A DNA stretch of 64,000 nucleotides from Octopus vulgaris (taxonomy: Eukaryota), in the NCBI GenBank assembly GCA_951406725.2, contig OX597817.1:71424001-71488000 (forward strand). The letters are read 5' to 3'. A program made the translations under genes and the position numbers. The stretch's first letter is position 1; every line of letters starts with the position of its first letter. Positions 52,001-64,000 of this stretch are shown here, one piece after another. Below the pieces are notes generated by a model, which was not told where the DNA came from, did not search any database, and was given only the letters and a program-made list of their open reading frames with translations.

Positions 52001-53934
52001 ACTCAAGTGGACTACAGAGTCCCAAATTATGACTTATTTGTACCACTTGGTCAAATCTTTTAAATCAGATTGATACTGGATTAATACTGGCTGAAATCAA
52101 ACCTCATAGACAACTAATAAACTAAAACACAGATTGATGACAGATATAACCAGCTAGTTCATATTGCCAAATAGAAAGTAAAAGATGTCCACTATATACA
52201 TATTACATATTGCTCAAATGTCAGAACCCATTAATTTTGGGAGCAGTGTGTTTTGAAAACAAAACAGGTAGCAAGCTGCAAGGTACTGAGATATCCAGTT
52301 GACCTAAGGAGATATTAAGTAATTCTTGAATACTAAGATGAAAGGGAAGTTATTGATGACAAACAAATTTGTATTATAGATGTGTGTGTACAAACACAGG
52401 TGAGCAAAAGAAAAAAAGAGGAGGGGAGAGAGAGAAAGAGAGAGAGAGATCGTATATTTTGAAGACAATGAGAAACTGAAAACTTTCAGATAATTTACAT
52501 GCTAGATAATGATGAATTCTTACAGCTGCAGGTCATATATTTTGGAAGGAAAAGAGTCAATTCAGTTATAGGATTTAAGAAAGAAGTGAAGTGCAGAATT
52601 GGTAGATTAGTGGACAAAATGCTGTAACATGACATATTTGAAATTTTGCCATGATTTACTTTACCCTTCTTAACAATAACAACATCACCACCAGGAAACA
52701 TTTAACATGAGAGAATATGATTTGATTGCTTGGATAACTGGGTAAGTGATATTGGTTAAGCTGCTTAATCTTTATTTCATTTAATGTATTACATGATGAT
52801 CAGCAATCTGACACCATATGTAAATGTATTGTTGAAGTGCAATTCAAATTAACACTAGACAAATCCAATCCTTGCCAAAAAAAAAAGCATAAACAATAAA
52901 TAAAAAAGAGAGCTAGTGCCAAAGTACTGAGGCCAGCCCTATACTGTGTACCCCCTCCCATTCCAACACTGGGAGCCTCTTTCATTCGTTTTTATCAATA
53001 ACTTCCTCGAACTGAAAATGCAGTTGAAAAACTACCATTAACTTGCCAACAAGAAATCTCTTTTTCTGATTATGTGTATCACTGAACACATGTTACTGGG
53101 CAAAATCTGAAATATTTCATACCGAATCATGAGAAAGGCCACAAGAGTCTTTTGCCCAGTGTCTTCCATACTTCTGTGTTCTGAGAGAAACCTTAGTTTT
53201 CATGTTTTTGGAATGTACAATTTTAGTGCACCAGGTATAGTGCCAAACCTGAATAGAAACCACAATACATAGATTAAAACACAAAACCCTTAAGGCTTAC
53301 AAATATGTAAATGATCAAAATAAAACACTGCATGTACCCAAAGCTCACAAAGCTTCACTTGATAATGCAATGTCAATAAGGTAAAATAAGACTACTAAAA
53401 GTAATATTAATGAAAAAAAAAAGCATTGGAGGGACGATGCATACCATGCATGCAGATAAATTTTTTTGCAAATTATCGTGAGGCTTACAATGTGTTGCTT
53501 ACCAATACTTTTTAATTTAATTGAATTAAGTTTGCAAGTGTTTGACTAAAAGAGGAAGCCTAAGAAGATGACAACTAAAAGTAGACTTGATAAAATATTA
53601 CATAGAATTTGAGAAGTGTTTTCAATGTCTTTCAATGAAGGCAGGTAAATCAAAGATACTGTAGGATATAAATAATATGACCACTTGCTTGTCAGGAAAT
53701 TTATAAGTTCAAGATTCTAAAAATTAAATTTCTTTTAAGTATCACCATTACAGGTATTTATACTCTGGTGAAATTAAAAATCAACTCATAGAAGATGGAA
53801 ATCCTTGTACACACACAGTTGTACATCTATGTATGTATCTACAAGAGCCTATGTGCATAGGTACACCATGATCTATACACACACAGACGAGGGTTGATTC
53901 AAATGATACATATATATATATATATATATATATA

Positions 53935-55198
53935 CAGGGGTTGGACAAAATAATGGAAACAGCTTGCAACAAACCATCATAATTTTGAAATAGCTATAAA
54001 ACCATCAAAAGCTTGTTTATTTTTTCTTTTTGATCTATTTTTAGTGTTGCATATGTTTTCCTAAAATTGCTGCTTCTTTTCAGATATCATCAGAAAAAGG
54101 TAATTAAAATTCATTAAAACAATAGATTTATCGGACTTTCAAAGAGGTCAAATTGTTGGTGCTTGTATGGCAGGCACTAGCGTAATGAAAACAGCCAAAA
54201 TGTTTGGTGTATCAAAAAGTCCTGTCTCAAAAGTAATTACAGCCTTTGAGAAAGAGGGAAAAACCTCCTTGTCGAAACAAAACTCCAGAAGAAAACTAAA
54301 ACTTTCAGATTGGGACCATCGGACTCTTACGCAAATTGTTGGAAAGGATCACAAAAGTACAGCTTCCAAAATTACTGCTGAGCTTAATGACCACCTCGAG
54401 AACCCAGTTCCCACAAAAACTGTTCACCAGGAGCTCCACAAAACCGGGTTTCACGGGGGAATTGCAATCAGAAAACCACTACTTTCAAAAACAAACGTTG
54501 TAAAGCATTTAGTGTGGAGTAAAAACTTACAGAATTGATCTTTAGAGCAGTAGAAGAATGTTAATTTTCTCAGACGAGTCATCCTTTACCTTATTTCTGA
54601 CCACCGGCTGACTATATGTGTGGAGACAGCCAAAAGAAGCATTTGACCCAGACAGTCTTCTTCCAACTGTTAAACATGGAGGAGGATCTGTGAAGATCTG
54701 GGAGAGTGTGTGTGTGTGTGTGGGGGGGCTATATCTTGGAAATCCGCTGGCCCAATGGTTTCCCTTCATGGCAGAATTAATAGTCAAGACTAAGCATTTT
54801 ACCAGATCAAATTCCTCCTGTGGTTGCAGAACTGTTTCTGGAGGGAAATATAATCTTTCAGGATTATATGCACAAATTCACACTGATAAAATTGTTACTG
54901 AATGGTACGAGGAACATTCTGGCCACCACAGTCCCCAGACATCAATATTATTGAACATTTATGGTGCATTTTACAAAAACAAATAACGAGTCGACATCCT
55001 CCACCATCATCACTATAACAACTAGAGACTGTTTTAGCTGAAGGATGGACAAAAGTTCCTTTGGAAACAATTCAAACCCTGTACAATTCTATACCTCACA
55101 GAATTCAAGCAGTAATTACTGCCAATGGCAGTACTACTCATATTAGAATAGATTTATTTGAAATTTTAAGATGTTTCCATTATCTTGCCCAACCCCTG
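53935..55198 (+). mobile_element. Full-length but decayed Tc1-like DNA transposon
   Basis: TIRs CAGGGGTTGGACAAAATAATGGAAACA / TGTTTCCATTATCTTGCCCAACCCCTG, TA TSD. DLSDFQRGQIVG, RKPLLSKTN, FSDESSF, PTVKHGGGSVKIW, PPQSPD.NIIEHLW; stops and frameshifts. Confidence 0.92.
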
Positions 55199-55322
55199 TA
55201 TATATATGTGTGTATGTGTATACTGTAGCATAATGGTAAGATCAACAAAAAAAGTACTCCATCTAGTGAGAGATAAATAGTATTTAATAGACATTAATAC
55301 ATGTTTTTATGTGCTTGTGATA

Positions 55323-55975
55323 CAAGGTGCAGTGAATAAACTGTTACCTAAACTATGCAAAAGTGGAAATAACACTGACATCTCATTTTAACAAATATAT
55401 TTACCAAAATTACATAAAAATATCTTGAAATATTGAAGAGCTATTTATTCAGTAAAATCACCATTGGCTTCAACTCCAGCCTCCAGACGATTTCTGAATC
55501 TACTGCAACTCTTCTGGACGGTCTCCTTGTTTAAGTTGGTGAATGCTGCCATAATTCTTGCCTTCAGTTCATCTTTAGTGTTACACGAAATTTTGCTAGT
55601 CTCTCACTTAACTACACCCCACACATAATAATCAAGGGGGATGCAGTCTGGGAAGATGAATGGAGATATAATATTGCCATCACTTGTGATCACCCCAAAG
55701 ACCATGAGGGGTTTGATTTTTATCAATCTCAGTACATGTCCTCAGATTGACAACCAAACACTCTGAAATGTTCGTATTGGAACTTCTTGGGCGAATGCCA
55801 AGCAGTACAGCATGTCATTTCCAAATTTCTGGCAGAGTGAATTAGGTCATGGTGCTGTTTTTCTCACAGAGTGCCTAACTGATACTACTATACTTTGTAG
55901 TCAACAAAATCAAAAGCAAGCAATGTGTACAGTTCTATATTTAAGAGATGAAGAATTATGTACATTATTTACAAT
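55323..55975 (-). mobile_element. Deleted DD37D (maT)-like DNA transposon
   Basis: Same termini and body as the 62375 element; PDCIPLDYYVWGVV and VFGVITSDGN fragments. Confidence 0.7.
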
Positions 55976-55979
55976 TGAC

Positions 55980-56580
55980 GGATATTTGTTCTCATCTTGT
56001 TTGTTGCTAAGACGTTTTGACTGATATACCTGCCTAGCCTTCATCAAGTGTCTTGGGGGAAATTTCAAACCTGGATTCTCATTCCTAAGGTATTTTTCGA
56101 TGTTATTATTATTATTATTAAGGTCACTGGAATTGAACTTGGAAACTTGGGGTTAGTAGCCTGCGCTCTTAACCACTACATCATATGTCCGTGGGCAATT
56201 ATGGAGTGAATTTTAGGGCTTATAAATCTAATATTTTCCTATCCTTCCTTAATACCGGTTCCCATAACCTATTCATATCTGCACTTGGTCTGCTTAGGAG
56301 GTTGTTGTGTCCTAGCATATGTGCTGCTTCTTTTAGATTTTGTATTTTCCAGTGGTGTTCTCTGTCTATTATTTTAACTTCATCCCACAAGGGGAGGTGG
56401 TCTCCATTTTTCCATACATGATCAGCTATACCCGATTTATCAATATCTCCCTGTGTCATACCTTTGCAATGTTCGTCTACCCTTATTTTGAGGAGGCAGC
56501 ATGTTTCTCCTTTGTATAACCTACCACAGCTGCATGGGATGGAGTACACACAGTTCTTAGTCATATTCTCTTCTATAGTC
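55980..56580 (-). mobile_element. Penelope-like element 3' part: GIY-YIG endonuclease plus 3' region with decayed hammerhead
   Basis: KNCVYSIPCSCGRLYKGET..LKIRVDEH..SGIADHVW..WDEVKIIDREHHWK..LKEAAHM. Confidence 0.85.
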
Positions 56581-58600
56581 AGCCACTACTCACATATCTG
56601 AACTGGTGCTACAGCCACTCACACAAAAAAATGCTATTTTACATTCAAAAGGAAATCATTGAACTGACAACTGTTTGTAAAAAAACTAAGTTGTTTCCTC
56701 TTTGTGTTCCTGTTTTTCTAAATCCTTAATCTGCATATCTTCTCTCCATAGGTCTACCCAACACACCTGCTTCTCCTCCAGATTCCACACTAAACATTTT
56801 GCTGCCAAACTTTCCTTCCTCCGGAACTTTCTTCTGGCTCTAAGTTTTCCTATAGATATCACCTACATATATACAAGCTGACTATCAACTGTTTCAACTT
56901 TGGTCTTGGAGAATCTACAAAAATTATAGACACTAACTAAGATATCAGCCAAAAGAACAGTATCATATTAGTTTAAAAAGCAGGGCTTTTTTTATTTGAT
57001 AACATTTTTTGCTTTTTCCTTTGTATAATCCTTTTGAAATCTACTTGATTTAAGGTAGCTTCTAGCCTAATTCTGACAGAACTATCCATAATATAAAGAG
57101 TTGTACCTCTATTTAAAATCTTGTGGTTATGTCAATAATCACAAGAGATTTCAGGAGGTAAAAATTCTATCAATAAACAAACCAATCAATGAGAGAACTT
57201 TTATGTGGTCACTCTACTTGTTACATTTAGCAATCAAATCTACCTCACTATATACCTTATTTTCTCTTACACATACACAGTGAATAAGATAGTTCTAGAT
57301 GCACAATGTCAAAAGAAAACTGGCAGGTGAACATGATTGGAATACCTTTATTAAAAAACTGCTTGATTAGTTAATTTGTTCAGTTACTCTAAAATTCTTT
57401 ATTATTTTGACAATTGAAACATGAAGATAAGTCTGTTCTTGGATTAAATTGTTAAAGACTGAATGGAGCTATTATCGAAAGTGTTCAAGTGATGTTGCAT
57501 TTTGCTTTTCTAAGCACAGTGTATCTAAGACTTCACTACCCAAGGTGTCCTTTTTTTTTTTTTTTTTTTTGTTTTTGAGCCAGTAGTATGTGATTGAGAA
57601 ATTTAGTTATTTGTTACAGCAAACATTACAAACACATAAAGATTTTTCCTTGTTGGTTCAACTTAGATTTGTTATTTAGTAGCTAATACTTTTGTTAGCA
57701 CAAATCTTGTCAGTAAATTTGTGAAAACATGATTTCATTAGGTAAACAATTGAGTTATTACTGTCTGCCATTATTTTATGTGGTATCTGAACTCTGCAAG
57801 ATTTTGGAAATTTTTTTCCAATTTCTTTTTCCTACTTTTTTTTTTACAATGGACAAAAAATAGACACTTGTTTCATGTTGTGAAGTAGCAAGTTTGAATT
57901 CAAAGGATTTTTTGAAAGACAGGAAAATTTTGTAAAATATATAGTGAACTATATAAAATATATATGTGTGACTATGAATCAGATATCTCAATTTCCAAAA
58001 GTGAAATAAAACTGACAACAGTTCCGACACTAATAGAAAAAGAGAATTTGTACCCAAATGTAGTAAGAATTTGAAAATTGTTTCTCTTAGTTGTTTTTTG
58101 GAAGAGACTAGATCTAGCCGCAATCTTTCCAAGGAAGCGAAACCATTGGATTATTTTTTTTTATTTATAATTTTCATATGTAATTTCAATTATATATTTC
58201 TTTTCTCAAATTTACCTTGTTTTTCTCTTCTTCTATCCATAATTTTAATTTGCCTGTAAGGCGTGTAATAAATTTTGATTAATTTGTATAGTGGACCTTA
58301 CTATGTTTCTGTGTATTACATTTTCTAATTTCCTTCAAAGATAAATTCCAATATTTTGTCCAATTTTACCTTTATGGTACACCTGTTCCTTGTGCATTAA
58401 GTTCAACTGATAGATAATCCAGTTATATGTACAATTCTTTTAAATAAAATTCTGTAGTTTGCCCAACTGAAGACTAGTTAATAACCCATTTTCTATGCAG
58501 ATGTTTAAACAAATTTATTTTAATTTTATATTTTGTTTAATATACCTGTCTTCACCTGTAATTAAATTAGTTTTGAAACAAAAATTATACAATAGTTTTC

Positions 58601-58996
58601 TCTTTTTTCTCTTTTACTTGTTTCAGTCATTTGACTGTGGCCATGCTGGAGCACCGCCTGTAGTCGAGCAAATCGCCCCCGGGACTTATTCTTTGTAAGC
58701 CCAGTACTTATTCTATCGGTCTCTTTTGCCGAACCGCTAAGTGACGGGAACGTAAACACACCAGCATCAGTTGTCAAGCAATGCTAGGGGGACAAACACA
58801 GACACACAAACACACACATATATATACATATATATACGACGGGCTTCTTTCAGTTTCCATCTACCAAATCCACTCACAAGGCATTGGTCGGCCCAGGGCT
58901 ATAGCAGAAGATACTTGCCCAAGATGTCACGCAGTGGGACTGAACCCGGAACCATGTGGTTGGTTAGCAAGCTACTTACCACACAGCCACTCCCGC
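58601..58996 (-). mobile_element. Full-length SINE family B
   Basis: - strand tRNA-like head GGGAGTGGCTGTGTGGTAAGTAGCTTGCT..GGTTCAGTCCCACTG, internal (TA)/(TG) tract, tail GAAACAAGTAAAAGAG. Confidence 0.85.
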
Positions 58997-59487
58997 GCCA
59001 AAAACCAGATTAATATGTTGATAAATAAAAAATTAAAATTTGTTTTGAAACCAGTCTAAATTCATGATTGTTTTAGAATATAATTGAAACACATAAGGGG
59101 TGTATTTCTGTTAGAAATATATTAACAAAAGGGTTAAGATACTAAAAAACTATTTTTAAGTCTAGCTTTCCCACAAACTGACAAAATCACTTTCTTTCAA
59201 AAAATATTACATGATTTTAATTGAAAATAAAATCACCAAGCTGAAAGATAAATTATTTTAAAGTTAAAAGTGTTTACAAACTAATCGTATGAAAATGAGA
59301 TCTCAAGTACACAGAAAGAAATGATTAATCTCAAAACCCATGTAAAATTTAATAAAATGAAAACACGTAATGCTTATTACTTCTAGACTTTAAAATGCTC
59401 AGTTTATGGAATACTGCTCCAACATTTGATATGCTTTTTGCTTCTTCAACACAATAACATCCAACTGATTAGCAGGAAGTCACTCAC

Positions 59488-59593
59488 ACTATTACAATTC
59501 CTTCCTTTTCATACCCATGTTTTTCCTGCAAACAAATTCCCAGTCGATCATAAACATCAACCACATCACTATCCCTTTTATTAGGCAAACTTA
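59488..59593 (-). CDS. Candidate upstream internal exon of the giant-exon gene
   Basis: TTTTCTACAATTTAG| 106 nt |GTGAGT; open frame SLPNKRDSDVVDVYDRLGICLQEKHGYEKEGIVI; ends in phase 2, matching the phase-2 start of the giant exon (..GIVIVKLEMK..). Confidence 0.5.
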
Positions 59594-62374
59594 CTAAATT
59601 GTAGAAAATTATATTAAGAAATATAATATTTATCATTATTCAGAACTGAATTGAAGACAGCAAGCTGGCAGAATCATTAGCACACCAGGGAAAATGTTTG
59701 GAACCATTTCATCTAAGTTCAAATTCCACTGTAGTCAACTTTTCATCTTTTCAGGATTGACAAAATAAATGTTGATGTAATTAACTTACCTCCTCCCCCA
59801 AACTTGCTGACCTCATACCAAAATTTGAAACCATTATTTATAATTGAACTTACTTCGGTGGAAAATGCATTCCTGAGATTTTACTTTCAAATTCATGGAG
59901 ATAGTTTTCAAATAGATCAAAAGAAGTTTTTTTATTCTGAGCATATCATGCATCTGCTCCACAAACCTTTAATGTGGATTAGGAATATTGCCTTTTTCAG
60001 AGTAATATCTGTTTGTATAAATCAGATGTGCTAATTGTTGGTTTATTGTAAATAAAGTATGGAATTAAAGCACTAAGCAGTGATGTTCATAAATACAAAC
60101 TTGTTACCATTTCAAATATGCTTCAGTCATATTCAAATCCATAAGACACTCACTATATTTTGTCATGGAGAAAACTTCTTGCTTTGTGTACGTATGTGTG
60201 TCAAGGTGAACTGGCAATCATTAAAATGTTAAACAAAATGCATGGCAGTATTTATGCTGGCACCTTGGGCCCAAGTCCAGAATGTGCCATAGCCTGCTAT
60301 GGAGAACTGAAATCTGTCACATGGCTTAGCCCCACTCTTTGGCACCATGAGAGGATTGTGCTATGTCAGAAACATTCAGGCCAAGGAGAAAGATGCACTC
60401 TGCTTACATCTTACTCCCTCAAATCCATCAGTTTTTGATGACCTAAAAGCACACACAGAGATCATAGCAGAAGAGAATCGGCTGTCATAGGTGCTGAAAT
60501 TCTCATATCATGTAATTTCATTCTACTGGAAATCATCAATGGGAAGCATTCAGTTACCATATGCCAGTCAAATCTAACTGCTACAATATTTAGAGTATCA
60601 ACATCTTTACAAACACTAATGTCACAAATAGCCAGCAGGCTTATTAAAAATTAATTATTAGCAATAGAAGCACTATTAATACCCAAAGGAAATCTGTATA
60701 TCCTACTTAACAAGGGTGCTTCCATCACTTATAATAAACTTCTAATAAGCCTTCTGGCTATTTGCAGTGGTGACAAGATGGTTCTGATGATGTAGAGAAA
60801 AAAATTTCAAACAGCAAGAACATAGATACATTCGTTTTCATAATAAAATGCTTTACAAAGAGTGCATCAATCACTGAAATCAACAGATAGGCTTATCCAT
60901 TGTGTGGTATGATTCTAATTTGCCCTTGTTGAAAAAGCATAAATGTTCCTGCCAGATAAACAGGTTAGCCCACTAAACTTCTGAGCTAGAATGTTCACAA
61001 AAACTTTTCTTTCTTTGGACTGAAAAAAAAGTTTTAGTTCATTGTTACAAAACTGAAAGGGAGATAATAATTTCTCCCTTACCAGTTACCTATCTTTTGC
61101 ATGCATTATCAAGCCTTCATAATGACAAGTAATAGCTTTATAAAACTGCTTGAAGAGCTATGTCTTTAGACGTGGGTACTAATTTTACAAAAGCAATCTT
61201 AATATAACCACATCTTATCAAACTTCAGTTCTGCCTTTTATATTTTCAAATAATAAAACCTCTATAATAAAGCCTTTCAAATAAAGCCACTGTATTTTTT
61301 CTATGAAGCAAAACCTTTAATATAGCTTAACATAAATGGAATTGAATGAAGTATATATAACACATGACAATCATGATGGTCATAATATTCTTCAGAATTT
61401 AGTAGAAAAATTGGACAAACATTGTTGTAATCCTGCATCAAAATGACCTGCAATTAAAGGCTTTCTATCATCATGCTCTCCTTCATAAAAATAAATCTGT
61501 TTGTGCCCCTCTCATCATACTTAAAACTCAGAATATCCCCCACCACATAGAGCTAACACCGTATGTTCTCTTTTCCTTCTCAGTCATGAAAGTTCTCTAG
61601 TCTTGTAAGTTACAAGGCAACATCACTTGTGCTGGTGCCATGTAAGAAAAGCACTCCTAAATGGTTGACATTGGAAAAGGTATCCAGCCATAGAAACCAT
61701 GTCAAAACTGAGGCACTAGAGCAATATGTGGTCCATCAATCTACTGGATTTCAACCCATACCAGCATTGAAATCAGATGTAAAAATGATGATGATGATAT
61801 ACAGGTGCAGGAATAGCTGTGTAGTTATGAAGTTTGTTTTCCGACAATGTGGTTTTGGGTTCACTGCCAGGAACCTTGAAATGTTTTCTACTACAGCCCT
61901 AAGCCTTGTGAGTAATATAGGTAGATGGAACCTGGAAGATAACTATTGTATGTATGTGTGTTGTCTGTGTTTATGTTTACATCACACTAACAAAGTTGCA
62001 ATGTAAAGATGCAATGTATTATCAGTTCTGCTGTCAACAAATTGTTTCCTCTCTGCTTTCAAAGAGGATGAAAGAAGAGTGGCAGATGAATAGAGGTGAA
62101 TACAGTGAATGTTGAACAAAAGCAGAGGTATGGTCAATAATGAATATCAATTGAGGTGGGGACATAATACAAATGGGTCCAGGTGGTAACACTGAAGCAT
62201 ATGAGGGTGAGGGTGTGAAGCACAGTGCCAGGGACAAGGTCAGAGGTAGATATGGAGGGTGGTTCCATGCTGGCATGGGTTGGATCAATTTGACAAGATC
62301 TTATATGTCCAAGAACTGCATTGAACTCCAATGCTGTGGCATAATTTTAAAGGCTAAAAGCATGCATATATATA

Positions 62375-63208
62375 CAGGGTGTGGTGAATATAGTCTCAAT
62401 TACGCAAAACTGAAAATAATACTGACATCTCGTTTTAACAGATATATTTACCAAAATTACATAAAAATATCTTGAAATACTAAAGAGTAAATTTATTCAA
62501 TAAAACCACCATTGGCTTCAACCACAGCCTCCAGATGACTTTGGAATCTCCTGCAACTCTTCTGGATGGTCTCCATGTTTAAGTTGGTGAATGCTACCCT
62601 AATCCTTACCATCAGTTCATCTTTGGTGTTACAAGGAGTTTTGTTGGTCTTTCGCTCAACTGTACCCCACACATAATAATCAAGGTGGGGTTGCAGTCAG
62701 GAGTGTTAGGTGGCCAGATGTTAGGGGTGATGTGGTCACTGTAATTGTCTGAAGGCCATGACTGGGTTCTACTTGGGTGGCATGTTGCCAAACATCCTCT
62801 TGACCCAGGACAGCACTACCTCCTCCAGGCACTTGATGTAGGCCTCCATGTTGAACCTAAGACCATGTGGGAAGATGAATGGAGGTATAATATTGCCATC
62901 ACTAGTAATCACTCCAACACTATGATGTTGACTGGACGTTTGATTTTCATCATTCTTGGTACGTGTTTTGGGGACACAGCAAGCCAAAAGTTGTCCTGTG
63001 TATTCACCATCTGTTCACATTGGAGCTTCTGGCATGAATGCCAAGCAGTACAGCATGTCATTTCCACGTTTATGGCAGATTGAACTGTTTTTCTCACAGA
63101 TGGTGCCCAACTGACCCTACCAAACTGTGTAGTTGACAAAATAAAAAAACAATGTGCATGCACGAAATTAAAAACATAAAATGGCAACAAATTACCCACT
63201 GCACCCTG
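62375..63208 (-). mobile_element. Decayed DD37D (maT)-like DNA transposon
   Basis: Imperfect TIRs CAGGGTGTGGTGAATA / TTACCCACTGCACCCTG; GVITSDGNIIPPFIFPHGL..YIKCLEEVVLSW..WPPNTPDCNP.DYYVWG. Confidence 0.8.
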
Positions 63209-64000
63209 CATGTGTGTGTGTGTGCATGCGCACAGTGGTTGTATGGTTATGAAGTATGCTTCTCAACTACATGGTTTTAAGTTCAGTCTCACTGCATGGC
63301 AAATGACTTCTACTATAGAACTGGGTTGATCAAAGCCTTATGAGGAGATTTGGTATACAGAAACTGAAAGAAGCTCATCATGTTAATAAATGTGTGCATG
63401 AGTGTCTGTGAATGTAAGTGCATATGCTTGTATCTCCTTGTTTTGACAACAGTGCAAATAGTTGTAAATGAGTGTCACTGTCATACAAGCAGTGTCATTT
63501 ATTTCCAATATTCTATGGCAATATCTGGTATGAGGAAATATTACCTTGTTCAGAAACAAATGAGAGTTGGCAACAGGAAAGGCATCTGACCGTAGAAAAT
63601 CTGCCTCAATAAACTCATTGCAATCCATGTAGACATAAAAATGATGATGATGATGTAGTGACTTGGAACTTTCTATAATATCACCAGCTATATGCTTCTC
63701 ACTGACCTGCCTAATTTCGATGACATCAGTTCAAATGAAAGTTTTGTTATTTGAAGTGATACAAATCCATTATTGTATATTCAACTCATCAATAACTGAT
63801 TTTCTGTCCTTTGGTTGTTGTTCACCAATCACTGATCGACTTTTAGAGTATCTCTGTTTAGTCAACAGATATTTTGTCTATTAGAGAATGACAATGCTGT
63901 CTAACTAGATCCATGCCTCAAGCTCTCCCAACCTATCTTATTACCCCATTCCCTCTCTGTTTAGAGCAGCTGAAGAAGCAGGGTCCTAAGTCATGGGCAA

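Overview
AT-rich, microsatellite-saturated animal genomic DNA. The SINE families, Tc1/mariner, Penelope, RTE, R4/Dong and Helitron relics point to an octopod cephalopod (inference). Almost all short ORFs in the supplied track are simple-repeat or transposon artefacts. Two host genes are supported, arranged convergently. (1) On the + strand, a terminal coding exon at 19317-19541 that the ORF track misses. It encodes the C-terminal six cysteines of a prokineticin/AVIT/astakine (colipase-fold) peptide; its upstream exon(s) were not found in the window. (2) On the - strand, a gene with a ~6.1 kb giant exon (acceptor at 39972) encoding about 2,050 aa of S/T/P-rich, probably disordered nuclear protein. 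It carries SUMO consensus sites, a 10-aa repeat block and a strictly 9-aa-periodic QT array resembling multivalent LC8/DYNLL1-binding sites. The reading frame of this exon is broken by a single +1 shift near 37850, either an assembly indel or recoding. Other notable items are a near-intact type I hammerhead ribozyme (21596-21656, -) with several decayed relatives, a frameshifted STPR-like ORF in an intron, two modular non-autonomous Helitrons, a hairpin MITE, and an apparent CpG-decay boundary near 30-32 kb. All calls were made by eye; no database search or folding program was run.
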